A stretch of 64,000 nucleotides of DNA from Candidatus Daviesbacteria bacterium (lineage in GTDB: Bacteria > Patescibacteriota > Microgenomatia > Daviesbacterales > UBA10151), in assembly GCA_016432425.1 (NCBI GenBank), contig CP066688.1, forward strand, positions 726,647 to 790,646, in the 5' to 3' direction. The position numbers and the translations under genes are program-made. This document shows, one piece after another, positions 55,184 to 64,000 of the stretch (positions within the stretch are counted from its first letter, which is position 1; the number at the start of each line of letters is the position of its first letter). The notes beneath the pieces are model-generated. The model searched no databases. It worked only from the letters and a program-made list of their open reading frames with translations, and was not told where the DNA came from.

Positions 55184-58100
55184 TTGAAAATATTTAAAAA
55201 AGTATTTGCTATATTTTCTGTCCTGGCTCTGATTTGGAGCCAAATACTTGCCCCTTCTTTAATCTTGGCCCAGGAGGTTACCTCATCCTCTAGCGCAGAG
55301 TTAAGTGTTTCCCAAGAACCATCCCCCACCCCCTCACCTACTCTCATCCTGGATGAAAATTTACAAGCTCCACCGGCCACCGAGTCAGCAGTGATCATTG
55401 ATACTACCCCCGCTGAAAACGAGCCAAGTGCCACTGTCACACCGGAGGTTTGGCAAGGCAATGAGGATGGATCATCCACTACTACTGCTAATGTAGTTTT
55501 AAACCAAATATACAAAGCCCCTCAAAATGATAAAGTAACAGTTACTTTTACTAAGTTACCGGAACCCCCGGGAACATTAACCATTAAGCAGATCATTTTA
55601 TCCCAGGAAGATAAGGAAGATTTGGGAGCTTTCTCGGATACAGCTTATGAAATTACCTCCACTATGCAGAATGAAACATTTGAGTATGATCTCACCCTTC
55701 CATTGCCCAGTGAGGCAAAAGATAAAGATATAGAAATAAAAGTAGCAGAAAATGTTGACGGATTAGATTCCGGAGAAACAGTTGAACCCAAAGAAAAGAC
55801 AGCAGAGTTTGTTAAAATTACAGGCTTAAACCATTTTACAGTCTTTGTATTAGTCCCACCCGCTACAACAGGGGTAACTAATCAGGCAATTGCAGTTGTT
55901 GCAGATGCATATATCAAACAAGATGCCACCACAACTAATTTCGGTAACACTGGTGGAGACATTATTAGTGTCTATTCTAGAACCACTAATATGAATCGGA
56001 GAGCTGTAGTTAAGTTTGATATATCCTCAATTCCTACAGGATCAACTGTATCCAACGCTACATTAAAACTTAAAATTACTAACCCTCCAGATGTATCAAG
56101 ACAGCATGATGTATACAAAATTACTGCTGATTGGGTAGAGGGGGATGGGGGAACAAACAATTCTCCTGTAGGTGAGGTTGCCTGGGATAGTCTTAATGGT
56201 ACCCGTACACCTACTTTAACTTTTTCAGGATCACCTACATCATCTGTCACTACTGGAACTACAGATAATACAGTGATCAGTTGGAATGTAACTGCAGATG
56301 TAAATGCTTATCTTGCAGGAAGTACTACGAATTATGGGTGGATTATTAGGGATAGCGTAGAAGATGGAACAAGTACTGATGATTATTCTGTAGATTATGC
56401 AGCTTCTACAGCTACTAGTGCCAATAGACCACAGCTTTCTATCACCTTTGACCAGTCAAATGTTTCAGGCTACCATCACGCCACATCACAGGCTGCAGTT
56501 ACTAGTTCTGCAGGTGACAACACAGGTTATCAGACAAACCCAACCTCTGTTTTTGCACCGGATAATATCTATGCAGTTGATACTGACTCAGGTACCGCTA
56601 CTAATGATACCTGTACAGGAACAGGCAACGACAAACACATCTTTTCTAATTTTGACTTAGATACTCAAATCCCTGACGGGGATGTAATAGATGGTATTGA
56701 GGTTAGACAGGATTTAAAGGTTGACTCCCTTACAAGTTCACCATTTAGCTGTGTAGAAATTTCCTGGGATGGTGGAGCTAACTGGACTTCTGTTGAACAC
56801 AAACAAACATTATCAACAACCACTGAAACTTCCTATACTTTTGGAAGCAGCATTGATACTTGGGGTAGAACCTGGAGTAAAAATGGCACTGCCAACGATT
56901 TTTCGAACCCTAATTTCAGGGTTAGAGTGATAAATGGAGATACAAACAGCGGTGGTTCTGGTAGGGATTTCTCGCTCGACTGGATTGGAGCAAAGATTAC
57001 CCATTATACGCCAGGTACTATTGTGATTATTAAAAATAGTGTCCCTAATGATGAGCAGGATTTTTCTTTTACCACCTCAGGTGATGGTTTATCTGATTTT
57101 AGCTTGGATGATGATACTGACAATACTTTGTCAAACCAGCAAACTTTTACCAATCTTACCCCGGGTTCATACGATGTTGTGGAAGATGGAGTTGACGGCT
57201 GGCAATTAACAGATCTTTCCTGTGATGATGACAATTCAGAAACTGATTTAGATAACGGAGCAACCATCAATGTAGAGGCCGGAGAAACTGTAACTTGTAC
57301 CTTTGAAAATACAAAAAGAGCAAGGATTATGGTGGATAAAGTTACTGACCCCTCAGGAAACCCTCAAAGTTTTGATTTTAATCTTACCGGAGGGATATCC
57401 GAGATTGTTGATGAGAGTTTTTCTTTAACGGACGGGTCGGAAGAGTTCTCAACCGGTTTCTCGCTGGAACCAGGTGATGGTTATAGTATTTCTGAAGATC
57501 TGCCGGAAGGCTGGGATCTAACATCAGCTACGTGTAGTGACGACAGTTCAGTTGATAATATTTCTTTAGATGCGGGAGAATCAGTTACATGTACATTTAT
57601 CAATACTAAGCTAGGTTCTATTAGTGGGTATAAATTCTATGATTGGGACGGAGACGGCATTTGGGATGATACTGAAGATCCGATTGAGGAATGGCTAATC
57701 AACTTAAGTGGTGCTGCGGAAGAAGAAACTACTACAGAGTCTGGGGAATGGGGTGACTGGGGCTATTACTTCTTTGGCAATCTTCTACCAGGCATTTATA
57801 ATGTCTGCGAAGGTACAGAAAATAATTGGATACAAACCTTCCCTACCAGTGGTTTTGGCTGTGATAATGGTACAGTAGGATATGAAATTCCGTTATCTGC
57901 TGGGCAAGAAAGTACGGGTAACAATTTTGGTAATACCCAACCAGGTAGCATTTCCGGGCAAAAATTTGAAGATTTAGATGGCGATGGGATAAAAGATGAA
58001 GACGAGATCGGAATTGAGGGGTGGACTATCTTTTTAGATACAGATAGTGATGGTGTTTTGGATGAGGATGAAGTATCAACAGACACTGATGGGGACGGAA

Positions 58101-59764
58101 ATTATGGGTTCGCAAATCTTGAGCCTGGAACATATAAGGTAAGAGAAGTCTCACAAGATGGTTGGGTACAGAAAACTGAAAACCCCGAAGATATCACCAT
58201 TAATTCCGGAGAAGAAAAAACAGGCATTGATTTTGGTAATTTTAAGAAGGTGATTATTACCGGACTGAAATGGGAGGATCTGAATGCTAATGGAGTAAAA
58301 GAGGATGCTGAACCGGTCTTAGGTGGGTGGAACATTGATGTTAGCAGAGTTACTACCTCGTCTAAACTCTCCGAAGATGGCCTTAGTACCATTCCAATAG
58401 AATTAGTTCAATTACAGCTTACTTCCCAAACAGCTACTAGCAGTGGGGAATTTACTGCTATAGTAGACAGACCAGGAACATATAGAATTACAGAGCAACC
58501 TCAAACTGGTTTCCAACCAACTTCTCCTGGTAAATCTTACACTGATTCATTCTTCGATATTTTTGTAGATTTTAGCGGACAGGTTACTCCTGGCCAGAAA
58601 ACATCAATCACCAAGGATAAAAATGGTAAACTCTTATGGTTTGGCAATGCTCCATACCAGCAAATAGGTGGAACCGGCACCAAATTTGTGCCCACCAGCG
58701 GGAACAGCAGTTTAACTATCTCTTTGATTGTGGTCGATCCCGCCCCCATCTGTCCGGGCGGGGCCTGTGTGACGGTGGAGGGTCAGACAGTGGGCAGTAA
58801 TGTAGTTTTGCAAAGTGGTACCATAATTACTAAAAGCGGTGGAGGAAACTTTGACGCCTCACAGTTGGGCGCCAGCTCTCCTACTTTATCTTCCATGACC
58901 GGATTAGACAGTAATGTGGTAGTTGATGGGGCCCTGCAATGGGGAATTCCTGATTTTGGTTTGGAGTTTAAAGACTCAAATGGAGATCCAAAGCCGATTA
59001 CTTTGAACATTTTTGTTGGCACCAGCCTTAACGGGCAAGTACTAAATGTTGTTCGATCAGCAGGCCTAACCGGACCTTGGGTGAGTGAGGGAATTGAGGA
59101 TCCTAAAACTTGTACAGTTGCTGCAGGAATTTGTACCTTCCAGGCTACTAAAGCCTCATTTTATGCCACCACCCATACTGCTACCACCAGTTCATCTTCC
59201 ACTTCCGGTGGTGGGGTAAGTTTGAGTGCTGCTGGTGCCCCGTCATGCGGTGATACCAAACCAGGCAGCGCTCCAACATTATTATCAGCAACTCCCGGTG
59301 CCAATAGTGTTAACCTGGCATGGTCAAAAGCTGTTAATCCTGTTACTTACTATTTGGTGAATTATTCCACCACTCCCGGAACATTCCAGTTTGGTAACCC
59401 CAATGTGGGCGGATCTGACACTACCAGTTACATAGTTTCCGGATTGTCCGGTGGCGTTACTTATTATTTTAAAGTTAGGGCTGGTAATGGTTGTGCTCCG
59501 GGTTCGTATTCTAATGAACTGGCAGCCACACCAGGTGGGGAAACTATTTCAGGACCTGCTGCCGGATTTGCCCCAGGAATTTTAGGTGTATCTACTGACA
59601 GTCAAGAAAATATTGAAGTTGATACTCAAACAGGTGCAGTTAAGGGTGAGACTACCGGGGAAACTACATCTCCATCAGTTGCTTCTACTTCTATTAATCC
59701 AGTTCAGGCAATTTTTAATTTTCTAGGTACCATATTGGGATGGATAGGATCCTGGTTTAAATGA
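55184..59764 (+). CDS. giant (1526 aa) secreted multidomain surface protein: DNRLRE-like domain, SdrD-B/CnaB-type repeats, FN3 domain, C-terminal TM
   Basis: Signal peptide. DNRLRE-like RTTNMNRRAVVKFDISSIPTGSTVSNATLKLKI...VYKITADWVEGDG. Repeats GSISGYKFYDWDGDGIWDDTEDPIEEW and GSISGQKFEDLDGDGIKDEDE...TDTDGDGNYGFANLEPGTYKVREV (SdrD B-like). FN3-like LAWSKAVNPVTYYLVNYSTTPG...YYFKVRAGNG. C-terminal hydrophobic IFNFLGTILGWIGSWF. Confidence 0.75.
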   Translation: MKIFKKVFAIFSVLALIWSQILAPSLILAQEVTSSSSAELSVSQEPSPTPSPTLILDENLQAPPATESAVIIDTTPAENEPSATVTPEVWQGNEDGSSTTTANVVLNQIYKAPQNDKVTVTFTKLPEPPGTLTIKQIILSQEDKEDLGAFSDTAYEITSTMQNETFEYDLTLPLPSEAKDKDIEIKVAENVDGLDSGETVEPKEKTAEFVKITGLNHFTVFVLVPPATTGVTNQAIAVVADAYIKQDATTTNFGNTGGDIISVYSRTTNMNRRAVVKFDISSIPTGSTVSNATLKLKITNPPDVSRQHDVYKITADWVEGDGGTNNSPVGEVAWDSLNGTRTPTLTFSGSPTSSVTTGTTDNTVISWNVTADVNAYLAGSTTNYGWIIRDSVEDGTSTDDYSVDYAASTATSANRPQLSITFDQSNVSGYHHATSQAAVTSSAGDNTGYQTNPTSVFAPDNIYAVDTDSGTATNDTCTGTGNDKHIFSNFDLDTQIPDGDVIDGIEVRQDLKVDSLTSSPFSCVEISWDGGANWTSVEHKQTLSTTTETSYTFGSSIDTWGRTWSKNGTANDFSNPNFRVRVINGDTNSGGSGRDFSLDWIGAKITHYTPGTIVIIKNSVPNDEQDFSFTTSGDGLSDFSLDDDTDNTLSNQQTFTNLTPGSYDVVEDGVDGWQLTDLSCDDDNSETDLDNGATINVEAGETVTCTFENTKRARIMVDKVTDPSGNPQSFDFNLTGGISEIVDESFSLTDGSEEFSTGFSLEPGDGYSISEDLPEGWDLTSATCSDDSSVDNISLDAGESVTCTFINTKLGSISGYKFYDWDGDGIWDDTEDPIEEWLINLSGAAEEETTTESGEWGDWGYYFFGNLLPGIYNVCEGTENNWIQTFPTSGFGCDNGTVGYEIPLSAGQESTGNNFGNTQPGSISGQKFEDLDGDGIKDEDEIGIEGWTIFLDTDSDGVLDEDEVSTDTDGDGNYGFANLEPGTYKVREVSQDGWVQKTENPEDITINSGEEKTGIDFGNFKKVIITGLKWEDLNANGVKEDAEPVLGGWNIDVSRVTTSSKLSEDGLSTIPIELVQLQLTSQTATSSGEFTAIVDRPGTYRITEQPQTGFQPTSPGKSYTDSFFDIFVDFSGQVTPGQKTSITKDKNGKLLWFGNAPYQQIGGTGTKFVPTSGNSSLTISLIVVDPAPICPGGACVTVEGQTVGSNVVLQSGTIITKSGGGNFDASQLGASSPTLSSMTGLDSNVVVDGALQWGIPDFGLEFKDSNGDPKPITLNIFVGTSLNGQVLNVVRSAGLTGPWVSEGIEDPKTCTVAAGICTFQATKASFYATTHTATTSSSSTSGGGVSLSAAGAPSCGDTKPGSAPTLLSATPGANSVNLAWSKAVNPVTYYLVNYSTTPGTFQFGNPNVGGSDTTSYIVSGLSGGVTYYFKVRAGNGCAPGSYSNELAATPGGETISGPAAGFAPGILGVSTDSQENIEVDTQTGAVKGETTGETTSPSVASTSINPVQAIFNFLGTILGWIGSWFK

Positions 59765-59789
59765 TCCAGTTTGTCCTAGTTGACAAGTT

Positions 59790-59841
59790 TGGTTTAACTT
59801 TGGTATTGTTTTGGTGATGATTCGATTTTACTCATCATAAT
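59790..59841 (+). promoter_or_regulatory. putative lexA promoter/operator region
   Basis: TTGACA (59790-59795) with a downstream AT-rich -10-like segment, and the imperfect palindrome TTGTC-ctagt-TGACAA. No canonical GAAC-N4-GTTC box seen. Confidence 0.25.
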
Positions 59842-60459
59842 ATGCCGGTTACTTTATACAAGAGACAAAAACAGATTTTAGACTTCATTAAACAGTATAT
59901 CGGTAAATATGGTTATTCCCCCACCCTGTCTGAAATTGCTGACAGCATCGGGGTCTCCTCCTTAGCTACTGTCCATGAGCATTTACAAATTCTGGTCTCC
60001 AAAGGTGTGGTCAAAAAATTTGAAGGAGCTGTCAGAGGTTTGGAAGTTATTGACCAAGAAATTTCTCATGCTACTCAAGGGGTAGAACTGCCGATTTTAG
60101 GTTATATTGCGGCCGGACAACCAATTCAAACTTTCACTGACCCTGATGCCACAGTTAAAGTGGCCCCGGCCATGATTTCCGGCAAAAAAAGGTCTTATGT
60201 GCTCCAAGTTAAGGGAGATTCCATGATTGAAGATGGAATTTTAGATGGGGATTACGTCATTATTGAAGAACAAACTATTGCCGCAGACGGAGATATAGTG
60301 GTGGCCTTGCTGGAAAACGGCTTGGCCACACTAAAGCGGTTTTTCCGGGAACCAAATAGGATTAGGTTAGAGCCGGCTAATGCTAGTATGGAGCCAATTT
60401 ATGCCACAGATGTCAAAATTCAAGGGAAATGTGTGGGGGTAATACGAAGATTTCAGTAA
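59842..60459 (+). CDS. lexA: LexA repressor (S24 peptidase)
   Basis: N-terminal LexA winged-helix (SPTLSEIADSIGVSSLATVHEHLQILVSKGVV). Cleavage-site region and Ser/Lys dyad (KGDSMIEDGILDGD...; ...KRF). 205 aa. Confidence 0.85.
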   Translation: MPVTLYKRQKQILDFIKQYIGKYGYSPTLSEIADSIGVSSLATVHEHLQILVSKGVVKKFEGAVRGLEVIDQEISHATQGVELPILGYIAAGQPIQTFTDPDATVKVAPAMISGKKRSYVLQVKGDSMIEDGILDGDYVIIEEQTIAADGDIVVALLENGLATLKRFFREPNRIRLEPANASMEPIYATDVKIQGKCVGVIRRFQ

Positions 60460-60592
60460 TTACCTAAAAACAACTCCAAAGTTAAAACTCACCTTACAGA
60501 AAAATATCCTATATCTTTAGCAAGGTACGTTTACAGGTTACCATTGTTTAAAACGGTTGTCAAGGCATCCATTTTTAGAGTAATCTGAACAA

Positions 60593-61726
60593 GTGAAAAC
60601 AAGGGTTAGAGACGGAAACCCTTCTAAAGATTTTTCAAGTCTAGACTGCCCGGAAAGGAATTTGTCTAGACTCGTGGAAGAATTTAAGGTTTACCTGCTC
60701 AATAATGATAGAAAAATACGAACAGTTTATAGGCATCTTAAAAACCTCGAAAGAGTTCTTGCCTACTGCCCCAATTTTTCAAAGGAGGAAATTGAAGCGT
60801 ACTTTACGAGCCTTAAAGAACAAGGTTGCAAGAATACTTACTTAAACTCTTTAACTTCTACCATCCGCCAGTATGGTCATTTTAAAAATGACCAAGACTT
60901 AAAGGTATGGAAATTTAGAAAAAAGGAGCAATTCTCCAAAGCTACCATGTCTGATGAAGAAATTGAATCATTCCTCAACTTACAGTTTCAAAAATCAACA
61001 AAACCCTATTACGATAGAAGAACCAATGCCTATCACGAACCATTTTTATTTAAGAGATGGAGGATTTGGAATGCATTTTTTTCAATCATGGCTTTCTCCG
61101 GTATGCGCCCGGGAGAAGTTGCTGCACTGCGGGTTGGTGATATTGATTTTGGGAGGCAGGTATTTGTAATCCGTGATTCAAAGACTAATACTCCGGGGAT
61201 AGCCCCAATTGCTCCCAATGTTATTGAACTAGTCAAAAAACACATTGAGGGATTAACCGGTGAATATCTATTCCCCTCTCCTGAAGGTGGTAAGTCTTGG
61301 AAAGGTAAAGATATGGATGGTGGAGAGCCTATCTTAAACAGTAATGCCTGGCACGACCATTTCCATAAAAGATTAAAAATCTTAGGAATCAAAAGAACAA
61401 ACCTTACTGTCTATAGCTTCCGCCATTCATACGCCACCAGGCTATTAGAATCCAATGTAAGTCTATTCCATGTTAAAAAACTCCTCCGCCACAATGACCT
61501 TAGGAGCACACTGGTATATGAACATCTAACCACAAAAGACTTGATAGACGCTGTTCAAAAATTACCCCTTGTAAGGCGCGGAACCCATCCAAAAACGATT
61601 CTACAGGCAATAGTAGAGCTCATTAAGTCGTTCAAAATTGAAGAGGATGTTCGTTTTAATTATAAAATAGAAGAAAACGAAAACTCAGTTCGCTTTGAGG
61701 TTCATATAAAAGAGGTACACACTTAG
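60593..61726 (+). CDS. tyrosine-type site-specific recombinase/integrase
   Basis: RPGEVAALRVGDIDF (box I Arg), YSFRHSYATRLL (HxxR), LLRHNDLRSTLVYEHL (catalytic Tyr). GTG start. Confidence 0.8.
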   Translation: MKTRVRDGNPSKDFSSLDCPERNLSRLVEEFKVYLLNNDRKIRTVYRHLKNLERVLAYCPNFSKEEIEAYFTSLKEQGCKNTYLNSLTSTIRQYGHFKNDQDLKVWKFRKKEQFSKATMSDEEIESFLNLQFQKSTKPYYDRRTNAYHEPFLFKRWRIWNAFFSIMAFSGMRPGEVAALRVGDIDFGRQVFVIRDSKTNTPGIAPIAPNVIELVKKHIEGLTGEYLFPSPEGGKSWKGKDMDGGEPILNSNAWHDHFHKRLKILGIKRTNLTVYSFRHSYATRLLESNVSLFHVKKLLRHNDLRSTLVYEHLTTKDLIDAVQKLPLVRRGTHPKTILQAIVELIKSFKIEEDVRFNYKIEENENSVRFEVHIKEVHT

Positions 61727-61727
61727 A

Positions 61728-61955
61728 TTAGAAAGGAAAGATATCCTTAACTTTAGCATCTAAAGCTCTGGCTATCTTATAAATCATTTTTAGATTGGGT
61801 CTTCTATAACCTGTTTCAACATACCCGATAAATGTTGTAGAGACCTTAACCTTTTCAGCTAATTGTTCTTGGGTCATTCCTTTTACCTTTCTAATCTTTT
61901 GGATTTTGCGACCGAGCCTGTAATCCTGCTCGGTTATTTTTTTAACCTTAGACAT
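61728..61955 (-). CDS. XRE-family HTH regulator (Cro-like)
   Basis: GRKIQKIRKVKGMTQEQLAEKVKVSTTFIGYVETGYRRPNL is a Cro/C1 HTH. Convergent and abutting the integrase gene. Confidence 0.7.
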   Translation of the reverse strand: MSKVKKITEQDYRLGRKIQKIRKVKGMTQEQLAEKVKVSTTFIGYVETGYRRPNLKMIYKIARALDAKVKDIFPF

Positions 61956-62199
61956 ATGCTAAGGCTACCAATTTATATTGTTAGAGTTTACTAACCCATA
62001 TGTTTATGATTGTGTTCAAAATACCTTGTTTCTTATAAACACATAGGTTAGGATAAAAATTATAAAAGAAAGGAGGATAAATCAACTTACTATATTAGCA
62101 GCTTTAGATAGGCGCACATCTCCCTATTGATTTTAAAATTAAAAAAAGATTAAAATGCTCGGATTGACACGTAAGATTAGAACAGAGTAATCTAACGGC

Positions 62200-62610
62200 G
62201 TGTTCTACTACCTCAAGGATAAATTACTCGCCCTACTTGCTGCCGTGATAGCAGGCCTATCCATAGCTTCTATCATATATATTTATAGAATTCCTGGAAT
62301 CGGCCAAAATTATCATAACCAATTTTTAGGAATCAATTTTAAGTTTTGGATTTTATTAAGACTAATGGAATATATCGTTGTTAGTATTATTGCCGTTTTC
62401 ATTTACCACCTCTTTGCAGAAAGAAGGATTAAGAAGCTGGAAGATAAGTTTAGTAATTACCTAAAGGATTTGGATGAACTAAATGAGGAATGGGCAGATG
62501 AAAATCATGAGCTTTGGGAATTTATAGAGTCTATTTTAAAAGAGAAGGATATTAAAAAGATTAAAAGAAAAGCCAAAAGCCTGCTTAAATCCAGAACTAA
62601 GAGTAAATAA
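62200..62610 (+). CDS. hypothetical membrane protein with C-terminal K/E-rich coiled tail
   Basis: Two or three TM helices, then KKLEDKFSNYLKDLDELNEEWADEN. Confidence 0.35.
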   Translation: MFYYLKDKLLALLAAVIAGLSIASIIYIYRIPGIGQNYHNQFLGINFKFWILLRLMEYIVVSIIAVFIYHLFAERRIKKLEDKFSNYLKDLDELNEEWADENHELWEFIESILKEKDIKKIKRKAKSLLKSRTKSK

Positions 62611-62613
62611 GAA

Positions 62614-62748
62614 TTATATCTTCAGTTTTATCCCCGTTTGCATGTAAACTTCCTTCAGAACATATTCCTTAGAAAAACCTTTTTTTATAAGCATTTCAAA
62701 AAGTATCTTTGCCTCTTTTTCCAACTGCTCTTTAGACTTAGTCTGCAT
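62614..62748 (-). CDS. possible small protein (44 aa)
   Basis: My minus-strand reading from the ATG at 62748 gives MQTKSKEQLEKEAKILFEMLIKKGFSKEYVLKEVYMQTGIKLKI and ends at a TAA. Below the ORF-track size cutoff; no RBS found. Confidence 0.2.
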   Translation of the reverse strand: MQTKSKEQLEKEAKILFEMLIKKGFSKEYVLKEVYMQTGIKLKI

Positions 62749-62840
62749 CACGATTCGAGTATATCATTATTTTAATTATCTGATTAAAGAAAAGTACCCC
62801 GTGTGCATTGGGCACGTATAAGTTTTCATAGTTTTTATAA

Positions 62841-63890
62841 TTATTTTTCCTCCCCATGTTTAAAACCCAGGTGATGTTTGAACTTGAATATAACCAGGAT
62901 CTTAAAAATAATAATAACAAGGATTATTCCTATCGTAAAATACGAGAGATTTTTAAGAGAGAACGCATTGAACAGTAAAACAGCAAGACTGGAATGGACA
63001 ATAACTCCTAAGATTATCATCAATCCGATTCCACCGAACAGAAAGTAGTTCTTAATACGTTTTGAATTGTCAGTCATATTCATCATACTCATTTTAAAGT
63101 TAGAAAAATCTTCGGAATGGATGCTCTCTTCGTTTATTCCTATTTCTTTAAGTAATGCTTTCATTGCATTAACCATTTCAGATAGTCCAGCAGTGTAATA
63201 AATAGGTGATTTCAAATCACCCAGATATTTTTTGAGCATTACCTGATCTATAAATCCAGTTTCTCCTTGCCATGATTTTTTCGACTTTTCCATCTGAGTC
63301 ATGGTTGCAATCAATGTAAATTTGGGGTTTTGCTTTGCTAAATTCTGAAGCTCGTCTAAATATGGTGCATCTTCTGGTCTGCGGTTGGAATAGAACAGAA
63401 AGATTTTGTGCGGCAATTTTCTCTCTATAGCATCTTTGATCATAGAATAAGCAGGAACTATGCCAATTCCACCAATCAGAAATACAGCAGGAATTGAAGG
63501 GTCATCATGGATGACAAATGATCCATGCGGACTATGCAGTAATATCTGAATAAGTACCTTTTCTCCAATCTGCATTTTTCCTAAAACTCTTTTAAACGCA
63601 GAATCCGTCATTCTCATAGCAACAATTAAATCTTTATCTTTTGGGGTATTTGCCAGAGTCAGAAATCTGCTATTTCCCTTACTATCAGTTTCCGGAGGAT
63701 TAAGAAGCGTCATCCGAACATGCTGACCGGCATTAAAATGAAACTCCTGAGGTTTTTCAAAAATAAATTCGTACGTTCTTTCTGCTATCAGTTTTTTACC
63801 CTTCAAAGCGATTTCAAATGACGCTTTCTCCATTGAATTCATAGACTTGTCCAACCCCAGATGACCAAGAAGCATGTTGTAGTGTTTCAT
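62841..63890 (-). CDS. ferredoxin-NADP-reductase-type FAD/NAD(P)-binding oxidoreductase with C-terminal membrane anchor
   Basis: FAD-binding RFLTLAN (RxYS-type). NAD-binding VFLIGGIGIVP (GGxGxxP). C-terminal hydrophobic helices LFGGIGLMIILGVIVHSSLAVLLF...IGIILVIIIFKILVIF. Confidence 0.6.
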   Translation of the reverse strand: MKHYNMLLGHLGLDKSMNSMEKASFEIALKGKKLIAERTYEFIFEKPQEFHFNAGQHVRMTLLNPPETDSKGNSRFLTLANTPKDKDLIVAMRMTDSAFKRVLGKMQIGEKVLIQILLHSPHGSFVIHDDPSIPAVFLIGGIGIVPAYSMIKDAIERKLPHKIFLFYSNRRPEDAPYLDELQNLAKQNPKFTLIATMTQMEKSKKSWQGETGFIDQVMLKKYLGDLKSPIYYTAGLSEMVNAMKALLKEIGINEESIHSEDFSNFKMSMMNMTDNSKRIKNYFLFGGIGLMIILGVIVHSSLAVLLFNAFSLKNLSYFTIGIILVIIIFKILVIFKFKHHLGFKHGEEK

Positions 63891-63904
63891 ATATTCTTTA
63901 TTAA

Positions 63905-64000
63905 CTAAGACTTTGACGTGATTTTCTTGTGTAATCGCACGAACTCCTCCAGCTCACCATCAGTCAACCCGTCAAACATATCTCCCATTTCATTTATGCG
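63905..64000 (-). CDS. C-terminal fragment of a gene starting beyond the window end
   Basis: Minus-strand in-frame reading ...MGDMFDGLTDGELEEFVRLHKKITSKS ending in TAG, 14 nt before the next minus-strand start. Confidence 0.3.
   Translation of the reverse strand, partial: RINEMGDMFDGLTDGELEEFVRLHKKITSKS

Noticed and set aside
59790-59800. Shared TTG(A/T)CAAG motif upstream of lexA, the integrase and the HNH gene considered as a common operator/SOS box
   Set aside because: It coincides with a sigma-70 type -35 hexamer (TTGACA) at plausible promoter positions, and no second half-site or GAAC-N4-GTTC box is present. Most simply explained as promoters.
62738-62920. 60-aa ORF overlapping the start of the FNR-like gene
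   Set aside because: It overlaps a well-supported CDS on the same strand out of frame.

Overview
AT-rich bacterial chromosome segment, standard genetic code (TGA used as a stop), with gene content that looks like a small-genome Gram-positive-type or Patescibacteria/CPR-like lineage (inference from DUF2905, SecG, LPXTG proteins, PMT/Dpm1-like glycosyltransferases and many tRNAs without encoded CCA). Housekeeping genes are metG, tsaC, secG, uvrA, uvrB, a short-form uvrC, lexA and 12 tRNA or tRNA-like genes. Between them lie several accessory islands. (1) At 13.8-24.0 kb, an operon of three secreted Thr/Asn/Ser-rich tandem-repeat proteins with a repeat I cannot assign to a known family; the last carries an LPITG sortase signal. 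Next to it are a DUF378 gene and a 1505-aa membrane-anchored triplicated multicopper-oxidase-like protein whose copper sites are degenerate to different degrees. This is my best candidate for an undescribed surface system. (2) A divergent 4-gene cluster: methyltransferase and aminotransferase on one strand, PLP decarboxylase and nucleotidyltransferase on the other. (3) A GIY-YIG nuclease and membrane-protein cassette bracketed by perfect 90-bp direct repeats exactly 1200 bp apart, abutting tRNA-Gln. (4) A Fic/Doc gene and an RRM gene that share TGCGCGAT repeat arrays with extended -10 promoters. (5) Mobile-element-like modules: a YafQ/DinJ toxin-antitoxin pair, an XRE + ImmA-like + HNH group, a tRNA-Gly-like element with a GC-rich tail, and an integrase + Cro-like XRE at the window end. 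(6) A Rad52-like annealase next to uvrB, and a 1526-aa DNRLRE/SdrD-B/FN3 surface protein. Several short dispersed repeat families were seen: a 12-mer AAGCAGAGCTTG; a ~30-nt ATCCTTCGAYTC...CTCAGGAC element with a 20-nt exact copy inside uvrA; a CGCCAAAGGCGG hairpin; and a CAACCTAATCCACCCC hairpin. No CRISPR array and no rRNA are present. All calls come from reading the sequence and the supplied ORF translations; no database search was run.
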